64,000 bases of DNA from a virus. Taxonomy: Duplodnaviria > Heunggongvirae > Uroviricota > Caudoviricetes. The position numbers were made by a program, and so were the translations under genes. The first letter of the stretch is position 1, and every line of letters starts with the position of its first letter. The notes under the pieces are model-generated. The model was given only the letters and a program-made list of their open reading frames with translations, made no database searches and had not been told where the DNA came from. Positions 9,601-19,534 of this stretch are shown here, piece after piece. Location: IMG/VR virus record IMGVR_UViG_2693429637_000011, one strand, 5' to 3'.

Positions 9601-12600
9601 CGTTTTCCGTACCGTAAACAGATGCCACCTTGTTGATTTCCAGGCGCGACCGGACAGCCTTCATGTGTACCGCTGACACCACCGGATCACCATTTTTATC
9701 CACGGCATCAAGCAGCATCACAACCGCGTTTCTTTCTGTCGCGGAACGGTAAATTGCATCCGGATCGTGCATCAGTTCCGGTAGTCTCTCGATAACATCC
9801 ATCGGCACCACATGTTTCACACCATTGGTGGCCTTACGCACAGTGTCGCGGGAGATAACCAGCGGCAAATCTGGTGCGCCAAGGTGACGCAATACCGGCG
9901 GCGTACGCCCGATGTTTACCGTTAAATCCGTTGAGCGCAGAGACTTCATCATTCTGGCAAGGTCATCACGATAACGCTCGCCCTCACCTTCCGGCACTTT
10001 GAACGGATCAGGCTTACCGCTACGGGAGTACTGAGACGATGCGTCCGCGCCATCCTCACGCGGCGTGTAACCTTCCCGCACACGCTGGCCTAACGTGCGA
10101 ATAGTTTCGCGAACAAGTCTGATATCGTTCAGTTCCGTCGGCTTCAGTAACCCCGTACGACGCAGTACCCCTTTGACCAGGGCAACAACACGCTCCCATG
10201 CCGCCACGAATTTAATCGGCTGCTTCTCTGCCATATGCGCCAGAAATTCACCCGCCTGCACTTCCGGTGATTCCTTACCATAAGACGCATCAACCTTACG
10301 CCAGGCTTCACGGATGGTGGCGTTATCACTGTCACGGGTTTTCAGCACGGTCTTAATAATCGTCTGATATTCCGCTGGCGTGACTACATGCTCCATTGCA
10401 TGGTGAATAATCTCGTGACGTAACTTCTCGCGAACGGTCCGCCCGTCAGGGATGTTATCCGCCACCAGGACAATTTCACGTTTATCCGGACGATAGAACG
10501 CGTGCACCTTGCCGTAACCGTCGAATGATTCACCCGCCAGTGCTTCAGCCTCTTTCTGTGACTTCACCACGCGGACCTTCAGGTCACTGTCCTTAATGCC
10601 ACTAATCACGCCACGGGCAACAGCTTCAACCTGCGGGACCGGACTGCCTTTGGCTTCCGCACTGCGGTTAACATCCGAAATCAGATTGCCTTCAGGTGTG
10701 CGGGTCACGCCCTTACGGGAATAAAACGCAACTCCCTTGTCCGTCTCACGGGTTTTCAGTGTTCGGAACAAGTGATCGAATGCCTCACGAATACCGCCAT
10801 CCAGTTCTGCATTCGTCGGATAAGCGTAGGTGTCCGGCTGTCCATGGTCATCCGCCTTACGGATATTGACCAGATAATCATTCTCCACGCCAGCCATACG
10901 CGCTTTATCCTGAACATAACGCTCAAAGGCTCGCGCCGCCATTTCAACATCCGTTGACCAGTACGGTTTTGAACGAACGCCATCCAGGCGTTCAGAACGA
11001 CGCAACATGTCACTGCTGTTAATGGCTTTCATCACGCCTTTAAACGCGTCGTAAACCTCCTGACGTACCGGATATTCCGCATCAACATACCTGCCGTCTT
11101 TAAATACGCGCCCGGCACGCTGTGCTTCCGTCATATAGTCGCCACCTGACGTGATCTTCCCGTCAGTGGAAACATCATAACGACCAAAATAATTATCCAG
11201 TGAATGGAACCATTCGTGGGCCAGCGCCCCCGGTCCGTTACCTTTTGTCAGGTTGATTGCCACCTCACCCGGCTCATAGTGTGCCGCCGCCTTACCCTTA
11301 CCACGGGCACCAAAAGCAAGCCCAAGACGACCGTTCAGAGAAAGCGCTTTTGTCGGCACGTTCAGCACGTCAGCCAGGTCATGCAGCGAGTCATAAGCCC
11401 GGTTCAAATCAGCCTGACGACGCGGACTTTCCACATAATTACCAAACTGCACACCACGAAAACCAAACGCATCACTGAACTGCTCCGGCGAAACATCCCC
11501 CTTGCGGCGTTCTGGTCCGGTACGATCGCGGTTGGTGGCGTTACGCTGCTCCTCACGCGAGACTTCACGCAGCGCCTTCACCTGATTAACCAGCTCATCA
11601 CGATGTGTGCGCACATAATCATGTGCATCACGGGCAGACTCAAAACCGCCCTTCAGTTTCTGCCTGTTTTTGCCATAACCGATAAAAATGTCGCCACTGG
11701 CCTTATGCCGGTACACGTCAAAGGTTATTCTGTCATCAGCAGAGGTTGCTGGCGTTTCCCTTTCTCTGGAGCCTTGTTCATCGAAATATGCTTTCGCCTT
11801 TTTCAGTAACTCATCCCGGCTTTCCGAGAAAAAGAGGTCGCGCCCCTTGCTATCACGAAGCGAATACATCATTTGCGGCGGATCGTAACGTTTTCCCCCG
11901 ACAAACGAATAAACACCGGACCTGACACGATAGCCGGATGCTTTATCAATCTGCAATGCAGAAAGCGTACGGAGCAGTTTCCAGGTATCCGACATGCTCC
12001 GTAACCCCGGCTTACTGTCCATCATATCAGCCAGTTTCGCTGCCGGAATTTTCCCCTCCAGCATACCGGCAGTAGCTTCGCGACCGCTTTTAACAATGCT
12101 GATCCATTTCTGCATGTTACGGCTTGTTCTGGTGGGAATTTCACTGCGATACAACGCCATCATTGCCAGCGTGTCACTATCCACACCTTCTTTTTCCAGA
12201 CGGGCATAATCCGGCTTTGGAAACAGTTTGCTCAGTGGTTGTGTCGCGTACTCCCCATCCTCCAGCGTTTTACCCATAGCTTCAGCAAGCTGCGCATAAC
12301 GGTGTTTTGCCGCGCCCTTAATCTCCTCGCCAAAGTCTTCAATTTTCGCACCACGCGCCTGCTGGTGAGTGCTCGGTTTATCTACCGGCACCGGCACCTC
12401 AGTATCCGGAACATCGGTTATGGTCTGGCGATTATCCCCGGTCTGTCTGCGTGCTTCTGCCTGCTGTGCCAGTTCCGGAAGGGAGTCACGAACCATACGA
12501 GGGAGTGATTCAGGCTGTGGCATATCAACCCCACGCTGACTTTCAGGTGCAGGAAGACCTTCACGCACTGGTGCTGTGGCGTTCTGCTCATCCGGTGACG

Positions 12601-15037
12601 GCAGACCACGACGAACTGTTTCGCCCTCCAGTATTTCCCCCTGGCGACCAGCGGCATTTTCCGGTGCCTGCGCACGTCCTTTCTGGAAACTCTGGCCCTT
12701 CACCTCACCGGTTGTGGTAAAACGACCACCACGTCCGGCCTGATTTTCATCCGGCGTACGCGCTACTTCTCCTGGTAACGGATATCCCTGTCCGGGATGA
12801 ATATCGCCGGGAGCGGGAAGGCGTGGACGCTCAGTTAACTCCTGTGCTGTCGGACCGGCATCACCTTCAGCCATCTGGGAACGCACCAGTTCTTCCGCCG
12901 TCGGCGCGTTGCCACGAGCAAGACGGGCCTGCACTTCTGTATCATCCCCCGTAAAACCACGGAATCGCGGGTCACGCATGAACGCGGGCTGTTCCATCGG
13001 ATCAGCATCAGTAATACGCTCTCCGTCAGCCAGAGTGTTAATGGTCTCCGTTGCCACATCTTCAGAGAACGCAGGATTATCCATTTCAACGGCATACTGA
13101 TTCTCGCCTTTCTTCACTACGGACGGTTTCAGGCCGGTGGCGCTGGCATTGCGGAAAACGTCGCTCCCCAGAGCACTTTTTTCATCCGTGAAATAACGGT
13201 TGTCCGGACGCACCTTTTCAATGCGTTCTGCTGGTCTGGACGCACCACTCTCGTTAATTTCAATACGAACTTCATCCGGATCGCGGAACCGCACCGTCGG
13301 GTAAATACTCCCGTCGCCATCATCCGCATTTTCCGGCTGTGGCTGTGCCTCCGGTCTGGCCTCCCGCTGAGGGCGAAGCACATCACGTATTGCCTGTAAC
13401 TGCTGCTCTTCAGTATCAGTACGCCCTTCCTTCTGGCTGAGTTTTCGGTATTCCTCAAGCAGTTCAGGGCGCGGCTTCGCCTTCAGCTCATCCATCACCG
13501 CCTGTCGCTTCGCCTGTTCATCCAGTTCATTCAACAGCTGGCTGGCGGCTTCCCGGCGATGAACGGCAGACGTGTCTCCCTCATGTGCCATATCCGCATC
13601 AGCATACTGTTCCAGAAGCTGCTCGCGATTCATCCCCTGCATAGATTCACGATGCTGTGCCACCGGATCAACCGGTTCGGGTTGCGGAGCCGATTCGTCC
13701 TGAGGAACGCTTTCAGCCTCACGCATGGCTGCTTCATCTGCCGCCTGACGTTTTCCACGATATCCGGCAGCCGCACCGAATGGTGCCCCCATTGCAGCAC
13801 CAAGGGCTGCACCTTCGATCGTTGCGTCAGCCACGCCCTCCCACGGTGACACATCCATTCCGGCGGTCTCACGCAATGCCGTGTTTTCCTGATAGCGTGA
13901 ATAGCCACCCTGCGCCGCATTAATCGTCCCCTGTTCCGTGGCATTTCTGACAATGCCGCTTTTAACGGTCTTCGCCGTGCCCCGCATCGCCAGATTAAGC
14001 AACTGAGCATCGCCCAGTTTTGCCGCCATGGCATTCACAGCCAGCAATTCAGGATCGGTTGCCAGCTGCGCACGCACCTCATCGGCAACACGCTCTTTTG
14101 CCAGGTCCATTTTCTGGCGGTCAGTAAGCTGCGCGTGCTGCGGATCTGCATCAATTGACAAAAAGGTCTGCTGAAATTTCGGTGACTTCGCCAGCTCAGA
14201 ATAATCCGCGTTAAGAACAGCATCTGCCGCTGCCATTGCACTCCGCCCTTGCGCACTGACAGTGGAATGGGTGATCAGGCCTGCCTGGAAAAAATCCGGC
14301 ATTTTTTTATCGACAGCTTCGGCTGCCAGTGCTGTGGCTCTTTCCGGCTGCATCCCTGCCGCGATGTATTTTTTCTCCAGCCCGGCGGTCAGCACTTTTC
14401 GCAGAGTGACATCACCCAGCTTTTTAGTCACACCGCCTGCAACCATATCCGGTACAAGCGCACCAATCAGGTTAACCCCTTTCGCTACCCAGACCGCTGA
14501 ATCATCATATCCTTCAGTCATCGGTGTATTCAGCGCCCGCTGCGCCCCCGGCGACATCTTGCCAGTCAGCCATTCATCCGAGGCTTTAGCGCCGCCACTG
14601 ACGGCCTTGCCTGTGACCTTCAGACCTTTACCGACAGTATCAGTAACCGCATTTTTTCCATCAGGCAGAGTGTCGATGACCTCATCCGCCCCCTTGCTGC
14701 CACCGACAAAAATATCCTGAACAGTTGCGACTCCCGGCAGCCCCATACGGCTGAACTCATTTAAAATACGTACCCCTGTTTTTACCGGGCTCTGAATCAT
14801 CGCATCACCGAGTCCACGGGCCATTTCCCCTGTCCCCCGGACGGACTGGGCGACACCTTTCCCCATAGTTGGCAATACATCGCCCAGGCTGAACGACGTG
14901 CTGTTGTCCTTCCAGCGATTGGGATCGGAGAAAAACACATCATAGCTGTCAGTCTCTCCCGGCTGCTGAATGTTCAGGCTGTTGCGGCTCTGGTTGCCAA
15001 ATTGCGCTTCAGGGCGCTGTTCATCGGAATAAGCCAT
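6686..15037 (-). CDS. Giant (2783 aa) multidomain virion-associated protein, candidate polyvalent/ejection protein with two zincin-like HExxH motifs
   Basis: Single uninterrupted 8.35-kb ORF at the distal end of the morphogenesis operon; HEWFH (~11201-11216) followed by ...EMAARAFE; second HEIIH (~10395-10420). Confidence 0.8.
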   Translation of the reverse strand: MAYSDEQRPEAQFGNQSRNSLNIQQPGETDSYDVFFSDPNRWKDNSTSFSLGDVLPTMGKGVAQSVRGTGEMARGLGDAMIQSPVKTGVRILNEFSRMGLPGVATVQDIFVGGSKGADEVIDTLPDGKNAVTDTVGKGLKVTGKAVSGGAKASDEWLTGKMSPGAQRALNTPMTEGYDDSAVWVAKGVNLIGALVPDMVAGGVTKKLGDVTLRKVLTAGLEKKYIAAGMQPERATALAAEAVDKKMPDFFQAGLITHSTVSAQGRSAMAAADAVLNADYSELAKSPKFQQTFLSIDADPQHAQLTDRQKMDLAKERVADEVRAQLATDPELLAVNAMAAKLGDAQLLNLAMRGTAKTVKSGIVRNATEQGTINAAQGGYSRYQENTALRETAGMDVSPWEGVADATIEGAALGAAMGAPFGAAAGYRGKRQAADEAAMREAESVPQDESAPQPEPVDPVAQHRESMQGMNREQLLEQYADADMAHEGDTSAVHRREAASQLLNELDEQAKRQAVMDELKAKPRPELLEEYRKLSQKEGRTDTEEQQLQAIRDVLRPQREARPEAQPQPENADDGDGSIYPTVRFRDPDEVRIEINESGASRPAERIEKVRPDNRYFTDEKSALGSDVFRNASATGLKPSVVKKGENQYAVEMDNPAFSEDVATETINTLADGERITDADPMEQPAFMRDPRFRGFTGDDTEVQARLARGNAPTAEELVRSQMAEGDAGPTAQELTERPRLPAPGDIHPGQGYPLPGEVARTPDENQAGRGGRFTTTGEVKGQSFQKGRAQAPENAAGRQGEILEGETVRRGLPSPDEQNATAPVREGLPAPESQRGVDMPQPESLPRMVRDSLPELAQQAEARRQTGDNRQTITDVPDTEVPVPVDKPSTHQQARGAKIEDFGEEIKGAAKHRYAQLAEAMGKTLEDGEYATQPLSKLFPKPDYARLEKEGVDSDTLAMMALYRSEIPTRTSRNMQKWISIVKSGREATAGMLEGKIPAAKLADMMDSKPGLRSMSDTWKLLRTLSALQIDKASGYRVRSGVYSFVGGKRYDPPQMMYSLRDSKGRDLFFSESRDELLKKAKAYFDEQGSRERETPATSADDRITFDVYRHKASGDIFIGYGKNRQKLKGGFESARDAHDYVRTHRDELVNQVKALREVSREEQRNATNRDRTGPERRKGDVSPEQFSDAFGFRGVQFGNYVESPRRQADLNRAYDSLHDLADVLNVPTKALSLNGRLGLAFGARGKGKAAAHYEPGEVAINLTKGNGPGALAHEWFHSLDNYFGRYDVSTDGKITSGGDYMTEAQRAGRVFKDGRYVDAEYPVRQEVYDAFKGVMKAINSSDMLRRSERLDGVRSKPYWSTDVEMAARAFERYVQDKARMAGVENDYLVNIRKADDHGQPDTYAYPTNAELDGGIREAFDHLFRTLKTRETDKGVAFYSRKGVTRTPEGNLISDVNRSAEAKGSPVPQVEAVARGVISGIKDSDLKVRVVKSQKEAEALAGESFDGYGKVHAFYRPDKREIVLVADNIPDGRTVREKLRHEIIHHAMEHVVTPAEYQTIIKTVLKTRDSDNATIREAWRKVDASYGKESPEVQAGEFLAHMAEKQPIKFVAAWERVVALVKGVLRRTGLLKPTELNDIRLVRETIRTLGQRVREGYTPREDGADASSQYSRSGKPDPFKVPEGEGERYRDDLARMMKSLRSTDLTVNIGRTPPVLRHLGAPDLPLVISRDTVRKATNGVKHVVPMDVIERLPELMHDPDAIYRSATERNAVVMLLDAVDKNGDPVVSAVHMKAVRSRLEINKVASVYGTENGKKLKSMEMTGLTLYRREKLSRDNLLHRGLQLPKGEHSYRGSVDKILYPEDIRKGPYYSRTSSLTPEETIASRFVRQMQDKFQVLKAVQENIRKTGGKIDDSNNAYMAEELFHGKAENDLNVMKERYVQPLAKLLADYKIAQADLDEYLYARHAPERNVHIAKINPKMPDGGSGMTNAEAAEIMQRVRNSGKQAQYDRLAGIIDDMLARRREIIREAGLEESGVVDAWQKAYRYYVPLKGQDVDGVVSQPRTGKGFTIGGRESKQAMGRASRAQSPSTQAIQDLSESLIRNRKNEVGNAFLKLVQDNPDKDYWQVFTDDRPDTMRVIAERKDQETGETIREVVERPVPMAMMADRYFTTKKDGKTYYIKLHDPRLMRAMKNMGPETSNAVIRTLGKVNRFLATVNTSYNPEFLVSNFIRDVQTAVMNLKAEQGRSDGKLKELDNLSALAVVKDSRSAMSAVYASLRGKTLTGKGAQWQKVWKEFVEDGGKTGWFNMGDLEGQQKEMDRLVSLAKGGWKGQSIGAWHSFLNLVEDANGAVENALRLSAYKHARDAGLSRQQAASLAKNMTVNFNRRGEQGMLMNSLYMFANASIQGTANLVRTLGHLNGDGPLLERLRWKNLNVPQKIVLAAVGAGYLLGSLNRSVAGEDDDGVNWYDKVPSHVKERNLVIMKSMFGGKAGEYWSIPLPYGYNVFFLLGHTAEGVAAGDLTASRAAGNVVGGILGAFSPIGSETSETLSGALLKNAAPTILRPFANLAMNENFMGAQIYQENMPFGTPKPDSQLGRRSTPEAYKAFAFWLNAFSGGSQYRPGAVDITPESLKFWIDYISGGTGRFISKTTDAAVKSLNGIDIPEQQVPFLGKISGEVMPYADQQKMYDRMTEVAQYHAELKSLTGAERTAFIDENNGKLLMNGLMQDTRKRLKDLRKQRDAIYADSSLSLAQQAAMVKSVERDMKVAVDRFNREYNKKVGVD

Positions 15038-15047
15038 ACAGACTCCA

Positions 15048-15074
15048 TAAAAAAACCCGGCACAATGACCGGGT
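15048..15074 (-). terminator. Intrinsic terminator/attenuator just upstream of the giant gene
   Basis: cccgg-N8-ccggg hairpin followed by T-run on minus strand. Confidence 0.45.
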
Positions 15075-15105
15075 ATCAGGAAATAGTATTAACGGGAATG
15101 GTGAA

Positions 15106-16371
15106 TTACTGCGCGTAATTCTGTTTCAGACCACGGATAAACTCAGATGCAGAGGCCGCGCTATCATCCCTGGCCTGTTCCTCCCTGGCCTTTTGAATAC
15201 GGAGAAAATTCGCATACCCGTGTTCCAGCAATTTCTGATTCTGAGGCTCCAGCATTTCTGGCTGACGGGAGGCCACTTCTCTGGCAAATGCCTGCTTATC
15301 CGGATCATCACCCGCCCAACTGGTAATCCCTTGTTGAATTTTTTGCTGCTGAATTTGCTGCTGATACTGCGGCAGTCCCATCGAAGCATAATATTGCGTC
15401 ACTGCTCCCTGCGCATCACCGCCGTCCTGTGCAACCTTTATCGCTACCTGGCTGGCTCCTTTCTGAAGTTGATCCGCAGAAAGTCCCTGCTGCTTCGGCG
15501 TGAAATAGCCGAAATTTTTCGAAATTTCCGCGAATTTACTGCGTTCCCTGACAAGCTCAACAGCCTTATCAACAGGCACCGCCAGCACGGTTTGATCATC
15601 AGGATGTGCACTGCCGTATTCCGTAACGGGTTTATGTGCTGTAGAGCCATCACTGTATGTGAGATCAAGGCCGATAAGTATGTACCCTTCCTGCTGTGCC
15701 GGTACTATACTGCCAATCCTGGCCTCTTTTATCGTCTTTTTCCCGGTTGAATCGGGCATGCCAATACGCTGTTGCAGTTCCGGGCCAAACACCCCGGAAA
15801 GGACATCAAGATTCTCCGGCGTATTAAGTGAAGCGATAGCCCTGTCTGGCTTGTCATCAAAGATTTTTTGCAGGTTGTTCACGGCCTGACCCGCTTTCGC
15901 TACATAGCCATCATTCGCCATCAGCCTCAGCGGATTACCCTCTGACAACTGGCCGTAAAGACGCATTGCTGCATCCCGATCGCCAGCATCCACAGCCTTT
16001 CCAAGCGCCGCCATCACAGGCTGATCGCGCGCCAGCATATCGTTATACTCAAGCCGTCGCTGGTTGTATTTCTGCATCCGGAGTCGCTGCTGCTCCATAC
16101 CCAGCGACGCATTCCGGTAATTCTGGTTGGCGTTAAACTCCCTTTCCTGCAGTGCATAATTACGGTCGTCGACTTTGGCTCTGTAATCAAAGTTCCGCTG
16201 ATCAACGTCTTTATTATGTTCAAACTGCGACTGTGCAAATTCAAAATCGCGCTCGTTATTTTTCTGTTGTTGAGCAAGCTGTGCTTCTCGCAAACCAAGT
16301 TCCTTACGACGGGTCATTGCCTGGTCAACCGTGCTGAATCCGGCAAGTAAACCCTGTGCAAATCCGCTCAT
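15106..16371 (-). CDS. Hypothetical virion/internal protein (Gln-rich)
   Basis: 421-aa ORF in late operon between tail-region genes and the giant gene. Confidence 0.45.
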   Translation of the reverse strand: MSGFAQGLLAGFSTVDQAMTRRKELGLREAQLAQQQKNNERDFEFAQSQFEHNKDVDQRNFDYRAKVDDRNYALQEREFNANQNYRNASLGMEQQRLRMQKYNQRRLEYNDMLARDQPVMAALGKAVDAGDRDAAMRLYGQLSEGNPLRLMANDGYVAKAGQAVNNLQKIFDDKPDRAIASLNTPENLDVLSGVFGPELQQRIGMPDSTGKKTIKEARIGSIVPAQQEGYILIGLDLTYSDGSTAHKPVTEYGSAHPDDQTVLAVPVDKAVELVRERSKFAEISKNFGYFTPKQQGLSADQLQKGASQVAIKVAQDGGDAQGAVTQYYASMGLPQYQQQIQQQKIQQGITSWAGDDPDKQAFAREVASRQPEMLEPQNQKLLEHGYANFLRIQKAREEQARDDSAASASEFIRGLKQNYAQ

Positions 16372-16381
16372 TCACCACTCC

Positions 16382-16633
16382 TTAAAACAAAGAACCAGCA
16401 ATACCACCTATGACAGCACCAATAGCCGCACCGGGGAGACCACCAACAGCAGCGCCCATAGCTGCACCCGTACCAATTCCCGTGCCGATATTCTGTTTGT
16501 TCTGCGCTTTCTGTTGCGCCGCCATCTGTTTGTTCGCGGCCTCAATTTCTTCACGTCGTCTGTCGGCATCACTTATTCCCTGTAATGCCTCACGCCGCGA
16601 CTGATTCGCAATATCCAGTAAACCGTATCCCAT
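16382..16633 (-). CDS. Small glycine-zipper membrane protein
   Basis: C-terminal GTGIGTGAAMGAAVGGLPGAAIGAVIGGIAG. Confidence 0.4.
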   Translation of the reverse strand: MGYGLLDIANQSRREALQGISDADRRREEIEAANKQMAAQQKAQNKQNIGTGIGTGAAMGAAVGGLPGAAIGAVIGGIAGSLF

Positions 16634-16642
16634 ATTGCCCCC

Positions 16643-17095
16643 TTACGCTGACACCAGTTTTCCGCCAACACTCAGTTGTTGTCTTGCAGGTGCAGAAGCC
16701 CCCGTCAGTATGTTCATCTGGCGATCCTGCTCTGCTTCACGGATACCATTTTTCGCGCCAGCAATTGCCAGAGCATTACGCAAACCCAGTGTGTTACTGT
16801 TGGGATTATCCGGGCGGCTTACCCCGTATCTCGCCATCTGGTTATCCTGCGCCATCTGCGCTGTACGGAGACTGGAAGTGGCAAGGCCGCCCACCCGGGC
16901 AAGCTGTGCATTCATCAGGCTGTTGTTCTCGCCAAGGTCAGCCAGCCTTGCCACGCGGGGCAAATATCTGGTTCGCCAGTCGTCGTATTGTTGGCGTGTC
17001 AGCGCTGCTGACGTCTGCCAGTCACCCTGTGGACGGGCAGCTCCGGTATAACCGTATCTCGCAAGTGTTTCGTATTTACCGTACTCCATAATCAC
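16643..17095 (-). CDS. Hypothetical virion protein
   Basis: ORF in operon; stop/start overlap with the upstream gene. Confidence 0.4.
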   Translation of the reverse strand: MIMEYGKYETLARYGYTGAARPQGDWQTSAALTRQQYDDWRTRYLPRVARLADLGENNSLMNAQLARVGGLATSSLRTAQMAQDNQMARYGVSRPDNPNSNTLGLRNALAIAGAKNGIREAEQDRQMNILTGASAPARQQLSVGGKLVSA

Positions 17096-17748
17096 AGTCT
17101 CCAGTTCTGAGCCTGATGCTGAATGGCATTAGCGCCGGTGCCAGGTGTTTTAGCACCGCCACTTCCTCCGCTACCGCCAGCCTTATACATCGCATATGCA
17201 CCTACCGCACCCAAACCAGCGCCAACAAGAGAGGCTCGCCCCTGCTGTTTCGTAAACGCAGCCTGTGCGTCCGATTTAGCTTTTGCCAGACTGCTGTCTG
17301 CCAGCGAGTTAAAACTCTGTAACGCATCCGCCTTTTGACCAGAACCGAGAGCAGCAACATCCTGTAGCCCGGCAACATACTTATCTGCCTGCGATACCTG
17401 CCCCCGTGTGGTTGTGTCAATCTGCCCGGTTACCTGATCACTCTGGTTCGCATTCATTACCGCGTTAAAGCGACCACTGGACGGGTCAACACCGGACTGA
17501 GCAAGATTACCCGCCAGCTCCTTCCGTGCTTCGCCAAACTGTTTCTGATACCCCAGATTTGTGGTGCCAGCAATATTGTCGTACTGCTGCTCACTGTTCA
17601 GGTCATCGACCTTTTCCATGAAGTTATCTTCAGCCGGGCGGAGGATTTTTTGATAATCCTGCCACCCTTTCCAGGCCACTTCTTCCTGTGCTATTTGCGC
17701 TGCTGTTGGTTTTACTTTGGTATCACCACCGCCTTTTTTTCCGCCCAT
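17092..17748 (-). CDS. Hypothetical virion protein (Gly-rich ends)
   Basis: ORF in operon; terminator-like hairpin upstream at ~17765-17789. Confidence 0.4.
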   Translation of the reverse strand: MGGKKGGGDTKVKPTAAQIAQEEVAWKGWQDYQKILRPAEDNFMEKVDDLNSEQQYDNIAGTTNLGYQKQFGEARKELAGNLAQSGVDPSSGRFNAVMNANQSDQVTGQIDTTTRGQVSQADKYVAGLQDVAALGSGQKADALQSFNSLADSSLAKAKSDAQAAFTKQQGRASLVGAGLGAVGAYAMYKAGGSGGSGGAKTPGTGANAIQHQAQNWRL

Positions 17749-17839
17749 TATGGCCCCCTGGATAACAAAAAACCCTGCCGGGGCAGGGTCAGAATGTGAA
17801 TTGCAATTGGTTTACACACGATAATGAATACAGTGGCAG

Positions 17840-18241
17840 TCAGACCGCTATCCTGAACACCATGAAGCCATCCTCATCATCCGGCATTCGCTCAAAGCCC
17901 AGACGTTTTCCCAGCCGGATAAATCCCCGTCTTGCCGTATGAAATTCAGCCCAGCGTCCGCCAGCCAGACGGGTTAATGTCTTCACCTCCGGCAGATAAC
18001 GCTCAACGCTGTTACTCCCCGTACACACGCCCAGCAACACCAAAACATAAGGGATACCATCAGCACTGAGCACAGAACGCAGCACCAGAAAGCCATCAGG
18101 TGCCTCAAAACAAAACGCCTGCTTTTTAAGGCAGGCGTCTTTAACTTCATTCATAAATTCAGGGTTGCGGGAATTTCTCACAACACGCTGCATATACCGG
18201 AGAATTTTGTCGTCCATTCTCTCACCAGAAACGGGTGCCAT
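17840..18241 (-). CDS. Hypothetical protein, possible GNAT-like acetyltransferase
   Basis: 133 aa; RRGFIRLGKRLGF loosely resembles a GNAT motif; weak. Confidence 0.3.
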   Translation of the reverse strand: MAPVSGERMDDKILRYMQRVVRNSRNPEFMNEVKDACLKKQAFCFEAPDGFLVLRSVLSADGIPYVLVLLGVCTGSNSVERYLPEVKTLTRLAGGRWAEFHTARRGFIRLGKRLGFERMPDDEDGFMVFRIAV

Positions 18242-18622
18242 ATCGGCTGAACCTCAGCAACCAGTTGACGGGGACTTTCGTCCCCGTCGCGGTTTTCCTA
18301 CTGCTTACACTGTAAGAACGCCGCAAACTCCGCTCCCCACAAATTCAGCCGGAACTCACACAACGAGCCGTGTAACATCCAGATGGTGAAGATTACCGTC
18401 ATACAAATTGTGACGGTGATGAGCGATTTTTGCGACATAGCGCTTGCCTCCTGAGTGGAGAGGCGCTAACCTTCTACTTGCTTAAGGTATGATGGTTAGG
18501 GCCTCGGGTTAAACAAAATGTTTGACTCGGGGCCTTTCCACATCAGGCCTTCAGGTTCACCTTCCAGCCATCAGCCGAAAGACACCCGCGCATAATCTAC
18601 GATTTTTGCCCTGCACGGGCAA

Positions 18623-18647
18623 CAAAAAACCCGCCATCACAGCGGGT
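18623..18647 (-). terminator. Intrinsic terminator downstream of lom-like gene
   Basis: cccgc-N8-gcggg hairpin plus T-run on minus strand. Confidence 0.5.
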
Positions 18648-18670
18648 TATGACATGTTGTCGGGTATTAC

Positions 18671-19408
18671 TCAGAATTTCAGGCCAATGCCTGCAAATAA
18701 ACCATCAGTTTTCCAGTCGCCAGAGCCTGAGCTTTCATAAGTGACGTCCATAGTAACACTTTCATTGAAGTTAAATTGCGCGCCGACAGACCATGCAATA
18801 GACGTTTTTTTGGTGCTGTTACTTTCAGAAAAACTACCTACACCACCATTAAGATTGTCGTTAACTTTCAAATCATAAGTTACTTTTGCAACCGCAACAC
18901 CTGCCATTGAATACACACTGAGGTATTCATTAAACCGCCACGAAGGACCGGATAGTAGACTCCAGTAATTAGCCCTGATATCAGTTCTCGCTGAAGCTGC
19001 CGGTTTTTTTACCTCTCGTGATGGATCGGAAGGCTTAACATCAATGAATGCCTGTGCATTAGTCATGGATCGAGCCCATGCAAAAGAGGTTATAACACCG
19101 ATCTCATCCGTAATCTCATAACGATACTTAATGTTCATTCCCAAGGGACTTTTCTCTTTACCATCATGGCCCCGGACAAACGCATCGTCATATTCTCCAG
19201 GTGAATTGAAATAGTTTTCATTCACAAAATTGTTAAAGGTATCAAGGTTATGAAGACTTAAATCCTTAACAAAATTATTCAGCCCGGATAGCTGAAGGTG
19301 AGCGAATCCAAGGGATACGGTACTATCACCAGATGCAGCATGTGCCTGTGCAGTTAATCCACCTAAGCCCAGAGTTGCGCACACAAGAAATTTTGTGATA
19401 CTTTTCAT
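18671..19408 (-). CDS. lom: Lom/Ail/OmpX-family outer-membrane beta-barrel protein
   Basis: Signal peptide; C-terminal ...YESSGSGDWKTDGLFAGIGLKF matches the Lom family ending; AT-rich flanks. Confidence 0.7.
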   Translation of the reverse strand: MKSITKFLVCATLGLGGLTAQAHAASGDSTVSLGFAHLQLSGLNNFVKDLSLHNLDTFNNFVNENYFNSPGEYDDAFVRGHDGKEKSPLGMNIKYRYEITDEIGVITSFAWARSMTNAQAFIDVKPSDPSREVKKPAASARTDIRANYWSLLSGPSWRFNEYLSVYSMAGVAVAKVTYDLKVNDNLNGGVGSFSESNSTKKTSIAWSVGAQFNFNESVTMDVTYESSGSGDWKTDGLFAGIGLKF

Positions 19409-19534
19409 TTTAAGAATCTTCCTATATTAAAAACATTGTTCTCTCTGTCCTTTCCACATTTTTGATTATTTACCATCCTGCCTGGAAATAAAAAATAAAA
19501 ATTTTTCTTAAAATGATTGATAAATTTTATTGTG

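Noticed and set aside
6944-14720. Many 60-200-aa ORFs on the plus strand and in other frames inside the giant gene
   Set aside because: All lie inside one continuous 8.35-kb minus-strand ORF with coherent coding character; treated as spurious antisense or off-frame ORFs
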